Origin: a phage
Strand: one strand, 5' to 3'
DNA length: 64,000 bases
Sequence record: NC_100327.1
Part shown: piece by piece, positions 37,835-47,117 of the stretch
Layout: each line of letters opens with the position of its first letter
Position numbering within the stretch: position 1 is the stretch's first letter
Translations under genes and position numbers: made by a program
Notes under the pieces: generated by a model
Told to the model about the DNA's origin: nothing
Databases searched by the model: none
Seen by the model: only the letters and a program-made list of their open reading frames with translations

Positions 37835-38548
37835 ATGCTGAATACCAAATTAATTGACAACCTGGAAAAACTGTCCCAACCTGAAAACTACCTTTGGTCT
37901 GCCAACTGGGTGGAAAACTGGAACCGTGTGGCAGCTAAAGTGAAAAAATCATACACACCATTCGAATTACAGCTTAGCTTCATTGAGGAAGAGTTCAATG
38001 AAGTTTTGGAAGAGCTGGAGAAAGGTGATGGCGGAGATCACCTGCTAAAAGAGGCCTGCGATCTTCACGTTGTCACAAGTTATGCCGCTTATCTTGTTAA
38101 TGATAATCACGAAAAGTGGTCAAACCTGTTTGATAATCCACAGGGTCTTAAGTTCAAGATCGGTGAGTTCTATGATACACTGATCGCTGCGAAAAACACC
38201 TCTAAGCAAAAAGCGTCCGCTTACCGCTTAGCAGAGTTGTCAACAGCTTTGCTGTTCCAGCTTCGCGGCGATGTGTGCGGGATGATGCGTAAGGTTCTCA
38301 AATCGAATGACAGCAAGTTTGCACGGGTCAACCATCTACAGTATTCACACGGTGCCAGTGCAGATATGCCTGCTGAACAACTCATCGAGTTGGAGATTAA
38401 AGATCTTGAGCGTCGTTTTGGTGGTCGCTACGAAGGTTTCGTTGCTAAAGAGGAGTTCTACAACGGCAATAAAGTTATTATATTCCTTGACAGTAAAGGT
38501 AAGATTATGAAGCCTTCGAGCTTCAAGGATGTAACAGAGTATATTTAA
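37835..38548 (+). CDS. MazG-like nucleotide pyrophosphohydrolase domain protein
   Basis: N-terminal EExxE...E...D helix motif (FIEEEFNEVLEELEKGDGGDHLLKEACDL); C-terminal half of unknown function. Confidence 0.45.
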   Translation: MLNTKLIDNLEKLSQPENYLWSANWVENWNRVAAKVKKSYTPFELQLSFIEEEFNEVLEELEKGDGGDHLLKEACDLHVVTSYAAYLVNDNHEKWSNLFDNPQGLKFKIGEFYDTLIAAKNTSKQKASAYRLAELSTALLFQLRGDVCGMMRKVLKSNDSKFARVNHLQYSHGASADMPAEQLIELEIKDLERRFGGRYEGFVAKEEFYNGNKVIIFLDSKGKIMKPSSFKDVTEYI

Positions 38549-38554
38549 CAACAT

Positions 38555-38581
38555 AGCCGGGATTACCCGGCTTTACTTATT
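38555..38581 (+). terminator. rho-independent terminator
   Basis: agccggg atta cccggct hairpin followed by a T-rich tract, directly after the stop of the 37835..38548 gene. Confidence 0.6.
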
Positions 38582-38610
38582 ATGGAAAGTATGCAGTGAG
38601 GTAGTCAGTT

Positions 38611-38919
38611 ATGTACAAGCATTCCAGAGATCTTGAAAAAGATGCTGTGTTTGGCGACCAGATGAAGGAGCTGATCAAACTTATTGGTAGAATGGAAGAT
38701 AAGTTTGACACTAAAATCTACATCGATAGCAAGGTCTTCAACCACAAAATATGGACAAATGTGTGTGTTGGGCTACATGGTGATAAAGATATTGTAAATT
38801 TGGTTGTAATAAAGTTCATAGTGTGGCAGAATAGGACTATACGTTATTACGACCCACACTTACTTGTTTATCCTATAAAAGACCTACTACAGAAGGAGGA
38901 CTGCAATGCCGTTATTTAA
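38611..38919 (+). CDS. hypothetical protein
   Basis: 102-aa ORF with an upstream GAGG RBS. Confidence 0.3.
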   Translation: MYKHSRDLEKDAVFGDQMKELIKLIGRMEDKFDTKIYIDSKVFNHKIWTNVCVGLHGDKDIVNLVVIKFIVWQNRTIRYYDPHLLVYPIKDLLQKEDCNAVI

Positions 38920-39175
38920 TCTTGCTAAACCTGTAGAAGCACATCAGTTTGACGGAAGCTCTTCATCAGTATCTGATCTGCAACGGTGGATTGATACAGG
39001 TGTGTTTACATCGTCACCTGTTCGGACCAGAGATCTTCGTCGCATGTGTGAGCTTGTCGAGCCTTTTGGTAACCTTGTCTTGTACCAGGGAGATTGGCTA
39101 GTTGACTTTATGGGAGACTGGTTGGTAATGAGTAAAGAAGAGATGTTTAAAATTTTTAAGGAAGAGGCCGAGTAA
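38906..39175 (+). CDS. hypothetical protein
   Basis: 89-aa ORF overlapping its neighbours. Confidence 0.3.
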   Translation: MPLFNLAKPVEAHQFDGSSSSVSDLQRWIDTGVFTSSPVRTRDLRRMCELVEPFGNLVLYQGDWLVDFMGDWLVMSKEEMFKIFKEEAE

Positions 39176-40458
39176 TGCATCAGATCAAAACAACACTGTA
39201 CGCACTGAATAAAGATGGCAGCTACCAACAGTGGAAAGTATTCACGGATGGTGATAAGGTTATCGTAGAGTTTGGCAAGCTTGATGGTAAACTGCAGTAC
39301 AAAGAGACGGTATGCACACCTAAGAACGTAGGTCGTGCCAACGAGACTACAGCTGAGCAACAGGCCGAGCTTGAGGCTATCAGCAAGTGGGAAAAACAAG
39401 TCCGTCTGGGGTATGTTGAAAACATGGAAGATTGCGAGCAGGGTGTTGATCTTTTACCCATGCTGGTGCATGACTACCTGAAGCGTGGCAAGGCACTTAA
39501 ATTACCTTGCTGGATCTTGCGTAAGTTAGATGGCCTTCGTCTGCTTGTTGTTTTCCAAAATGGTGAGCCTAAATTTATTTCCCGTGGTAATAAGTCCTAC
39601 CCTATTCAAGGAAAGCTTTTAGAGCAACTTCGTTCTTTCCATTCTACCACTGGGATTAAACAACTTGATGGGGAACTATACATTCATGGTCTTCCTTTGC
39701 AGAAAATAGTGTCTCTTGCTAAACGGTGGCGCACACAGGAAGAGATTCAGGCCGAGATCGATAAAGACTATGAGGCAGATAAAAAACGCCGTCATGCAGC
39801 AATTAAGGCAGGCTTATCAACATACAAAAACTTCAACAAGGTAGATATTCCTGTCGATGTTGAGCCTGTTCGTGATGATTTGCGTTACGGTGGGTACTGT
39901 AGCTACGATCTGGAGTATCACATTTTTGATATTCCTAGCGACAAGGTGTGGTGGGATCCAGAAACAGAGTCTGGACGCTGCAAGGATCTTATGGATGCAG
40001 AGGATACCGTTACCACTCTGATGCTTGACCATATCAAGGTTGTTGACGCAGAGCTTGCGTACACAGTTGATCATTGCGAAGAATCTGTTGGTATATTCAT
40101 GTCCGAAGGATATGAAGGTACTATCATGCGTAATTTCTGCGGTAAATACGAGTACGGTCAGCGAACATCTGAAGCATTGAAATGGAAAAAGTTCAACGAC
40201 GCAGAGGTGAAAGTTATTGACGTTGAGAAAGATAAGAATGATGAAGGTGTTCTTATCTGTGTTGACAAGGAAGGTGTTATTGTTAAAATGAAGATGAAAG
40301 GCACGCACGAGGAGCGTAGCTATGACAGGATGCAGGAAATGATCGGCAAGTTTGTCACCTTCAAATATCAATCAAGGACAGAAGACAACAACTACCAATT
40401 CCCTGTCGGTATCTGCGTCCGAAATGTTGACCCAGACACTTGGGAGGTTCTGGAATGA
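39175..40458 (+). CDS. ATP-dependent DNA ligase (KxDG nucleotidyltransferase)
   Basis: Motif I RKLDGLR and motif III-like LDGELYIHG; 427 aa. Confidence 0.55.
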   Translation: MHQIKTTLYALNKDGSYQQWKVFTDGDKVIVEFGKLDGKLQYKETVCTPKNVGRANETTAEQQAELEAISKWEKQVRLGYVENMEDCEQGVDLLPMLVHDYLKRGKALKLPCWILRKLDGLRLLVVFQNGEPKFISRGNKSYPIQGKLLEQLRSFHSTTGIKQLDGELYIHGLPLQKIVSLAKRWRTQEEIQAEIDKDYEADKKRRHAAIKAGLSTYKNFNKVDIPVDVEPVRDDLRYGGYCSYDLEYHIFDIPSDKVWWDPETESGRCKDLMDAEDTVTTLMLDHIKVVDAELAYTVDHCEESVGIFMSEGYEGTIMRNFCGKYEYGQRTSEALKWKKFNDAEVKVIDVEKDKNDEGVLICVDKEGVIVKMKMKGTHEERSYDRMQEMIGKFVTFKYQSRTEDNNYQFPVGICVRNVDPDTWEVLE

Positions 40459-40582
40459 TGTAGGAAGGTTTAGTAGGTAACGGTAGCCAATCGAATGATG
40501 GTTTTTCAATTGGCACCTACATAACCACACTGTGTAGTGTTGTTGATCTGGTTAGTTATGAGTAAACTGGAGAGTATGAAAA

Positions 40583-41053
40583 ATGAAACTTGATAAAAAT
40601 GTTCAACGAAAAGCTTTCTTGGATATGATCGCATATTCAGAAGGCACAGATAATGGTAGACAACCCACCAAGGATCGGGGCTATGATGTCATAGTTGGTG
40701 GCAAGCTGTTTAGCGATTACAGCAAGCATCCAGGTGTGTACGTTAAGCTAAATGCTAAACTTACCTCCTCCGCTGCTGGGCGTTACCAGGTTTTGGAGAA
40801 GTTTGCTAAACACTACATGGAACAGTTAGGATTGCCAGATTTTGGCCCTGCCAGTCAGGACAAGATTGCGTTGCAACTGATCCGTGAGTGCAAGGCTCTC
40901 GCCGACATTGACGAAGGGCGTATCCACGAGGCTATCCATAAATGCCGTTCCCGCTGGGCTTCGTTACCTGGTGCTGGATATGGTCAGCATGAACAGAAGA
41001 TTGAGAAGTTGATCGAGGTGTTTAAAAAGGCAGGCGGTGTTGTCCTTGATTGA
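40583..41053 (+). CDS. endolysin, lambda R-like lytic transglycosylase
   Basis: Collinear with lambda R as I recall it (QRKAFLDMIAYSEGTDNGRQ...YDVIVGG...ASLPGAGYGQ). Confidence 0.8.
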   Translation: MKLDKNVQRKAFLDMIAYSEGTDNGRQPTKDRGYDVIVGGKLFSDYSKHPGVYVKLNAKLTSSAAGRYQVLEKFAKHYMEQLGLPDFGPASQDKIALQLIRECKALADIDEGRIHEAIHKCRSRWASLPGAGYGQHEQKIEKLIEVFKKAGGVVLD

Positions 41054-41116
41054 TCATTGACATAACCACACGGACGTGGTATTGTTGCCTCATAAAATGT
41101 TTAGGAGGGTTTAACC

Positions 41117-41323
41117 ATGAAAGATTTTCTGTTGGCAATTTTGTTCATGGCAGCATGTCTGGCCTGTGGTGTCGTGTTTGCAGGTGAAACAGCGTATCTT
41201 GTCGATGTATATCGGGACAATGGTAAACGTATTTGCCTTTATGAGACAAGCCAAGGTGAGCTCTACGAGCTTGTGAAACAAGGCGAGGCTGGATCTTGTC
41301 CTCGCACCCATTTCTTTGAATGA
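41117..41323 (+). CDS. small secreted or membrane protein next to the endolysin (possible lysis accessory)
   Basis: 68 aa with hydrophobic N-terminus (FLLAILFMAACLACGVVFAG); AGGAGG RBS. Confidence 0.35.
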   Translation: MKDFLLAILFMAACLACGVVFAGETAYLVDVYRDNGKRICLYETSQGELYELVKQGEAGSCPRTHFFE

Positions 41324-41332
41324 GGAGAATAC

Positions 41333-41797
41333 GTGGAAGACGGACGTTTAATGAAGTCTGAACGCAGGCTTATTGTGCAACTGATCCCAGAAACAGCTTG
41401 GTATAATAACCTACGAAACGCTGTGAAGAAGAGTGAGTGGGATAAGATCCGTAAGAAGTGCTACAGAGAAGCCAACTACACTTGTGAGGTGTGCGGAGGT
41501 AAAGGCAGCAAACACCCAGTGGAGTGTCATGAACTTTACACTTTCGAAGATGGAGTGATCCGTCTTGTCGGACTGATAGCGTTGTGCCCGGATTGTCACA
41601 CATCGGTGCACCCTGGGTTAGCAAATATCCGTGGAAAGTATGCTCAGGCAGTTAATCAGTTGGCTAAGGTGAATAAGATCACCAAGGGCATGGCAGAGGC
41701 TTATTATCGAGACTGCTTTGCAGAGTGGCGGGAGCTTAGCAAGGTTCCGGAATGGAAGACTGACTTTTCTTGGATACATCAGTATTTGGAGAATTAA
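41333..41797 (+). CDS. zinc-finger protein, HNH-like (possible free-standing endonuclease)
   Basis: CxxC...H...H...CPDCH arrangement (CEVCGG...ECHE...ALCPDCH). Confidence 0.35.
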   Translation: MEDGRLMKSERRLIVQLIPETAWYNNLRNAVKKSEWDKIRKKCYREANYTCEVCGGKGSKHPVECHELYTFEDGVIRLVGLIALCPDCHTSVHPGLANIRGKYAQAVNQLAKVNKITKGMAEAYYRDCFAEWRELSKVPEWKTDFSWIHQYLEN

Positions 41798-41799
41798 GT

Positions 41800-42654
41800 G
41801 TGGTATACTACAATGACAATGATAAAGATGCAGTTGCTTGGTTGAAGAATCTAATATCTTTAGGACTACTTCCTCAAGGCGAGGTGGATGATCGTTCTAT
41901 TACAGAGGTTACTGTAGAAGATCTTAGAGGTTTCACACAGTGGCACTTCTTCGCTGGCATAGGTGGATGGCCTTTGGCCTTGAAACTTGCTGGCATTCCA
42001 GAAACTTGGTCGGTATGCACAGGATCTCCGTGCTGCCAACCTTTCTCTCAAGCAGGTAAGCAACGTGGAAAATTTGACCCAAGACATCTTGCACCAACAT
42101 ACCTCCGGCTCGTTAAACAGCTTAAACCTGAGTTCATGTTTGGAGAGCAGGTTGCAAAAGCGATTGAATCCGGATGGCTCGACGATATGCAGAATGAAAT
42201 GGAAAACGCTGGTTACAGCTTCGGGGCTTCCATACTTAATGCTGCAATCCTCAACGCCCCGCACCGCCGCGAACGACTTTACTTCGGGGCAGTTAGCAAC
42301 GTGGTTAACCCCTACGGTAACTCAGGTAGGGTGCAGATCTCAGGAAGCGATGGAAAGGCGCAAGCAACAACGCTTAGCAACTGGCAGGAAGTCATTAAGT
42401 CCTGGGAATCTGTGGGAGCAGGTGAGGATGTATTACGGGTGTGGGAGCATACAAGACAGTATCTATGCCGAGACGGAAAATGGCGTAAACTTCCTGAACC
42501 CGGCATTCCCTTGTTGGTTGATGGGCTATCCACCCCAATGGGATTGTCTCGCCACAAAGGCTTCGGTAACGCCATAGTTCCTCAAATAGGGGCACTTTGG
42601 GTGCAAGAGTTTATGAAGTCAGTGGATGATTGTGTGAGAGGTGAGCATGGCTAA
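41800..42654 (+). CDS. DNA cytosine-C5 methyltransferase (orphan)
   Basis: Motif I FFAGIGG, motif IV GSPCCQPFSQAGK, RERLYFG block; start set at GTG 41800 with GGAGA RBS (track start is an upstream TTG). Confidence 0.6.
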   Translation: MVYYNDNDKDAVAWLKNLISLGLLPQGEVDDRSITEVTVEDLRGFTQWHFFAGIGGWPLALKLAGIPETWSVCTGSPCCQPFSQAGKQRGKFDPRHLAPTYLRLVKQLKPEFMFGEQVAKAIESGWLDDMQNEMENAGYSFGASILNAAILNAPHRRERLYFGAVSNVVNPYGNSGRVQISGSDGKAQATTLSNWQEVIKSWESVGAGEDVLRVWEHTRQYLCRDGKWRKLPEPGIPLLVDGLSTPMGLSRHKGFGNAIVPQIGALWVQEFMKSVDDCVRGEHG

Positions 42655-42937
42655 GAAACCTGTAAAAGAGAAATTTGATAAGACAGCTTTTGTATTCGAT
42701 ACACCTCTGGACGACATCATTAGAGGTATGCAATCATTGTATCGGAAGGCTGAATCTGAGCAGCTGTCGGAATCAGAACTTTACTGGCTCGGTTGGTGGG
42801 AGTTAAACCTGCCTAAAGCTGAAAGTTCTTCTCTGAGAACTGTTAAAACGTGCGCCCAAGAAAACGCTGCACTTGGAATCTACCACAAAAGGAAAAGATC
42901 AACAAAAAGCTCTCCAAGAAAGACTAAAAAGTCTTGA
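42641..42937 (+). CDS. hypothetical protein with basic C-terminus
   Basis: 98-aa ORF overlapping the methyltransferase stop. Confidence 0.3.
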   Translation: MSMAKKPVKEKFDKTAFVFDTPLDDIIRGMQSLYRKAESEQLSESELYWLGWWELNLPKAESSSLRTVKTCAQENAALGIYHKRKRSTKSSPRKTKKS

Positions 42938-42963
42938 CAAAAGTGTTATTAATCTGATATTAT
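42934..42963 (+). promoter_or_regulatory. sigma70-like promoter candidate
   Basis: TTGACA (42934-42939), 18-nt spacer, TATTAT (42958-42963), ~35 nt upstream of the 42997 start. Confidence 0.5.
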
Positions 42964-42996
42964 CAGTCAGATATTTATAAACTAGGAGAACTAGAC

Positions 42997-43305
42997 ATGC
43001 TTAAAATTTTTATTGTTGAAGATAAAGATATTGTCCAGTTGTATGCAAACGAGAATCATAAAGGTATTATTCTGAAGAAGGAAAGCAACCTCTATGAAAA
43101 CACAATTCAACCTGGTGATGTAATTAAGATCTGTGGCTATCTGCTACCAGACTCATTGATGAAAATAACCCACCACTGGGGGTCTAATCCGTTCCTTTTT
43201 GAAAAGTATTGGGATGTTGAGTCACTTATTGCAGAGAGTGATGATGCATTTCATTACAGCATCCAACCATCTTGCAGAATAACTAACAGGAGGGTCTTTG
43301 AGTAG
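42997..43305 (+). CDS. hypothetical protein
   Basis: 102-aa ORF with ATG, AGGAGA RBS and an upstream promoter-like element. Confidence 0.35.
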   Translation: MLKIFIVEDKDIVQLYANENHKGIILKKESNLYENTIQPGDVIKICGYLLPDSLMKITHHWGSNPFLFEKYWDVESLIAESDDAFHYSIQPSCRITNRRVFE

Positions 43306-44437
43306 AGAATATCCACTTATTGAGTCCATAGATTGTCTAGCTGATCTTCTTGAACCTGACGCTATAGTTTATTATGACTTCGATCAGGTTGCATATCAAG
43401 CTGCAGCAAGTTGTGAAAAAAGGACAATTGAGGTAACACACAAAGCCTCCGGACGTAAGAAGATGTTTAAAACACGAACAGAGTTCTGGGGGCGGCAGAA
43501 GAACACCGTTGGTGGTTGGTTAAAAGCTGAGAATACCAACCGTGAAGCTGCATGTAAAAAGGCTGGCAAGGAGTTTATTCCGTGGACACGAGAAGATTTC
43601 GATGTCTTGGATATCCAAACCCCTGATCCTGTAGAGAACTGCTTGCACACAATTAAGTGTAAAGCTAATGCAGTCCTTAATTATCTCGGTATTCCGGAAG
43701 ATCGGTGCGTGGGGGTACTTGGAGGCACAGGTAATTTCAGACTAGATCTTCCCATGCCGGAAAGATATAAAGCCAACCGTAACAATACTCTTCGACCACT
43801 GCTGCTTGGAGATGCAAGACAGTATCTCCAAAAGCAGTATAATGCTCAAGTGATCAACGGTATCGAGGCTGACGACTGGTTAGCTATCCAGCAATTTGAA
43901 GGTTGGAACCACTACCAAAAAACAGGTAAGTTCAACAAGTTTATTATCTCTATTGATAAGGACCAAAGAACACTACCGGGGCTTGTGTTCGATCCCATGC
44001 GAAACGATAAGGGAGATTTTGTAAGGGAAACCCCTATGCTGATCGATAACGGTATGGGGAACATCTTCATGAAGCCTAATGGAGAGGTTGGCGGTTACGG
44101 GATGCTGTTCTTCGGATACCAAATGCTGTGTGGTGACTCTGCTGACAACATCAAGCCGTATCAAGGACTTATCGGTAAGGGTAAGTTCGGGGATGCCTCA
44201 GCATTCTACCTACTGTCTCAGTGCAGCACTCCAAAGGAGATGTGGGTGGCTATTATTGATCAGTACAAGAAGTGGTTCCCGAAAGGTGTTGTTAAGTATA
44301 CTGACTTCAATGGTATTGATCGTAGAATTTCCGTAGGTCAATGGATGAGTATAATTTTTGACTGTTTGTATATGAAGCGGACATTTAATGACCAGACAAA
44401 ACTTGTTAACGTTCTTAGAAATGTTGGAGCAATCTGA
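43298..44437 (+). CDS. 5'-3' exonuclease / flap endonuclease (RNase H-like)
   Basis: TTG start with AGGAGG RBS; GIEADDWLA matches the conserved acidic motif of 5' nucleases. Confidence 0.55.
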   Translation: MSREYPLIESIDCLADLLEPDAIVYYDFDQVAYQAAASCEKRTIEVTHKASGRKKMFKTRTEFWGRQKNTVGGWLKAENTNREAACKKAGKEFIPWTREDFDVLDIQTPDPVENCLHTIKCKANAVLNYLGIPEDRCVGVLGGTGNFRLDLPMPERYKANRNNTLRPLLLGDARQYLQKQYNAQVINGIEADDWLAIQQFEGWNHYQKTGKFNKFIISIDKDQRTLPGLVFDPMRNDKGDFVRETPMLIDNGMGNIFMKPNGEVGGYGMLFFGYQMLCGDSADNIKPYQGLIGKGKFGDASAFYLLSQCSTPKEMWVAIIDQYKKWFPKGVVKYTDFNGIDRRISVGQWMSIIFDCLYMKRTFNDQTKLVNVLRNVGAI

Positions 44438-44769
44438 TGACTAAAAATGCTGTAGATAACGCAATTATGGAAGCTGTTTTTGAGGATGATCACACAACAG
44501 GGACACTTAAAACAAAAAATACATTCGTTGTTGCCACAGGTATGTGGCGGTTGTATGAAGATGACACCATTTCATACATCCTGTACACGGATGATTACGC
44601 AGATGACCGTGTATGGTCTGCTGTTTTAAAAGAGGATTGTGAGCTGATTGAGGGCGAGCGGTTATGCATGTTCACCAGTGTGGAAACAGATGTTAAGCTT
44701 TGCTCTCTCGTCTTGTTCAAAGATAAGGCTTATGCTCCTGATGAAGGAGAGGAGGACGAGGAAGCATGA
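44437..44769 (+). CDS. hypothetical acidic protein
   Basis: 110-aa ORF, translationally coupled to neighbours. Confidence 0.3.
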   Translation: MTKNAVDNAIMEAVFEDDHTTGTLKTKNTFVVATGMWRLYEDDTISYILYTDDYADDRVWSAVLKEDCELIEGERLCMFTSVETDVKLCSLVLFKDKAYAPDEGEEDEEA

Positions 44770-45395
44770 GAGAGCGTCTATTATCCATAGACCAGTCGTT
44801 GACACACACAGCTTGCGTTGTATGGGACGATGGAAAGCCTGTTCATAAGGTTGTGTTACGAACTCAAAGCTCATCTGCAAAAGAGAAGAAACCAGGGACG
44901 GTTTCTTTTGCAACAGCTGCTGAGCGTATTGACTGGATCTGCAAACAGGTCAGATATTACATCCACACGCACGGCGTTGACACCGTGGTTATGGAAGGGC
45001 TTTCCTTTGGATCACGCGGGGATGCCACACGCGAACTGGCTGGGTTGTTTTACGGTCTTGAAGTTATGCTTTGGGATGCTTTAGCTGATTGTGAAAATGA
45101 CGGCCTGTTTAAGGTCCACACCGTGACACCAACAACTGCCAAAAAGTTTGCTCGTAGTCATCTTCCTGAGGAACTTGCTTTTGAGGAGAAGAAAAAGCTT
45201 GACAAAAAGACAGGTAAAGAGCATACTGTGAAGAAACCTGTTACGATGGATAAAAAGTTGATGGTTAAGGCCTGCGAAGTATCTGAACCTGGGTTCCTAG
45301 ATGGGATCAATTTGGTACAAGGTAAGGCCGATCTCGCAGATGCTTATTGGATAGGCAGGGCGCATCTGGAGGGGTTATCGCAAAGCGTAAAATAA
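44766..45395 (+). CDS. RuvC-like Holliday junction resolvase
   Basis: N-terminal LSIDQSLTHTACVVWD and acidic residues in a RuvC-like arrangement; 209 aa. Confidence 0.5.
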   Translation: MRERLLSIDQSLTHTACVVWDDGKPVHKVVLRTQSSSAKEKKPGTVSFATAAERIDWICKQVRYYIHTHGVDTVVMEGLSFGSRGDATRELAGLFYGLEVMLWDALADCENDGLFKVHTVTPTTAKKFARSHLPEELAFEEKKKLDKKTGKEHTVKKPVTMDKKLMVKACEVSEPGFLDGINLVQGKADLADAYWIGRAHLEGLSQSVK

Positions 45396-45472
45396 GAAAG
45401 AAAGCTGTCAAAGCCCCCGTTCATAGCGGGTGGCTAAAAGATTCTAAGGACATAGCCAACTTTCGAAAAGAA

Positions 45473-45952
45473 TTGTCAGAGGAGCAGGATGGTCTTGATC
45501 CGATCTTGTGCGAGCCACTTCGTAAGCCTTGTTTAGATCATGATCATCTGACTGGTCGTTGCAGGGGTGTTTTGTCTCAGTGCACTAATACCTTTGAGGG
45601 GTATGTGCTTAAATACTGGATGAAATACTGTAACGAGTATACAGATTGCAGTTTATCAGAGGCGTTGCGCCGGATGGCTGACTATCTGGAGAAAGACTAC
45701 AGCGACTTCCCGCTCCACAAAAACTACAGAGATGATATGACAAAGTTCTTGAGGAGATGCTCTAAAGCTACGATTATTGCACGAGCAGAATCAGATCTCA
45801 ATCTTGTCATTAATCCAGAGTGCACCAAGCATGAGGCTATTGAGTCCTACATGCAGGAGTTTATAAAGAAAACTGAGGAGAGAGATTTCTATGGGGATGA
45901 AAAAGGTATTCAATCCTTGCGACTCAGTCCTGATCAGGATGAAATACCGTAA
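45473..45952 (+). CDS. endonuclease VII-like HNH nuclease; start uncertain (track ORF begins at 45347 inside the RuvC-like gene)
   Basis: CLDHDHLTGRCRGVLSQC matches the T4 endonuclease VII core as I recall it; no ATG in the 5' region, nearest in-frame TTG at 45473. Confidence 0.45.
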   Translation: MSEEQDGLDPILCEPLRKPCLDHDHLTGRCRGVLSQCTNTFEGYVLKYWMKYCNEYTDCSLSEALRRMADYLEKDYSDFPLHKNYRDDMTKFLRRCSKATIIARAESDLNLVINPECTKHEAIESYMQEFIKKTEERDFYGDEKGIQSLRLSPDQDEIP

Positions 45953-46112
45953 CTGGAAAGGTGTTGTTGCAGATCGCTGCGTTACTGAGCCTAATTTATG
46001 GTTTGGCTCTACAGAGTATCATAAAGAAGAGCAGTGGTTGATGCATGCCTTTGATGTAGACAAGGGCGAATATCGTGACTTCGCTTTAAAAGACATTCTT
46101 CAGTTTTACTAA
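45891..46112 (+). CDS. hypothetical protein
   Basis: 73-aa ORF. Confidence 0.25.
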   Translation: MGMKKVFNPCDSVLIRMKYRNWKGVVADRCVTEPNLWFGSTEYHKEEQWLMHAFDVDKGEYRDFALKDILQFY

Positions 46113-46118
46113 GGAATT

Positions 46119-47108
46119 TTGACGATGATGACAAAGTTAACTCTTGAGCAAATTTTAACACTAAAGCAGCAGGGATACACTAATAGACAAATTGCTCGTG
46201 AATTTTTAGGCCGTGAGTCACGTGAGAGTTGGATCCGACTACAGCTTAAACGTGCACAAGAGAATATGTCAGAGATTGTAGGAGAAGCAACGGAGCGCTT
46301 CCTTGAAGAACACAAAGGAGCTAAAGTTTGGGTGTATGATACAGAAACATCACCAACAAACGGCTGGTTCTTTGGGCACTATAAGACCAACATTCAAACC
46401 TGCGGTATTGAAATTATGCCCTATATGCTAACTTTCGCAGGTAAGTGGTTAGACAGTCCTAGTGTGGTTGACTGCGCTCTTCCCGATTACAAAATGTGGG
46501 ATGAGGATATTCACAATGACCTCGAATTGATTCAGGACTTGTGGTATTATCTGGATAAATGTGATGTCGCAGTAGCCCACAATTCAGGTTTTGACTGTGG
46601 GTGGGCAAACCAACGATTTGCATTTCACGGGTTGCCTCCAACAAGCCCATACAAAGAGGTTGACACCCTTAAAATGATCAAGAAGGCATTCCGTTTGAAT
46701 GCAAACACTTTGGAGTATGCATGCAAATACTTCCAACTTGCCCGACAGAAACTGATTGACCACACATTTGAAATGTGGATCAAGTGTGTTCATGGTGATC
46801 TTGAGGCGTTTAAACAGATGCGGGAGTACAATGTTGGTGATATCCTATCTCTGGAAGGCCTGTATTTGCTGGCACGCCCGTTTGCTAAGCAGCACCCCAA
46901 CATGTCATTGTACTACCAGGATGAGGAGCCAAAAGTTCGTTGCCCACGCTGCGGTGGAGAACACCTTCACGAGGAAGAAGCTTTGGCGTATACTCAACTG
47001 AGTGCATTTAAAACATATCGCTGCGAAGGTTGTGGATCTGTTGTTCGTGACCGTAACAACATCCGTACCAGAGAAGAAATGAAAAACACCCTGATTCAGA
47101 TAATCTAA
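46119..47108 (+). CDS. DEDD-family 3'-5' exonuclease with N-terminal HTH and C-terminal zinc ribbon
   Basis: Exo motifs VWVYDTETS and AHNSGFDCGW; C-terminal CPRCGG...CEGCG. Confidence 0.5.
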   Translation: MTMMTKLTLEQILTLKQQGYTNRQIAREFLGRESRESWIRLQLKRAQENMSEIVGEATERFLEEHKGAKVWVYDTETSPTNGWFFGHYKTNIQTCGIEIMPYMLTFAGKWLDSPSVVDCALPDYKMWDEDIHNDLELIQDLWYYLDKCDVAVAHNSGFDCGWANQRFAFHGLPPTSPYKEVDTLKMIKKAFRLNANTLEYACKYFQLARQKLIDHTFEMWIKCVHGDLEAFKQMREYNVGDILSLEGLYLLARPFAKQHPNMSLYYQDEEPKVRCPRCGGEHLHEEEALAYTQLSAFKTYRCEGCGSVVRDRNNIRTREEMKNTLIQII

Positions 47109-47117
47109 TCAAGTATA

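Noticed and set aside
39175-40458. Alternative reading of the ligase ORF as RNA ligase 2.
   Set aside because: Both families share the KxDG motif; the size and context among DNA metabolism genes favour DNA ligase, but this cannot be settled without a profile search, so the call was kept at moderate confidence.
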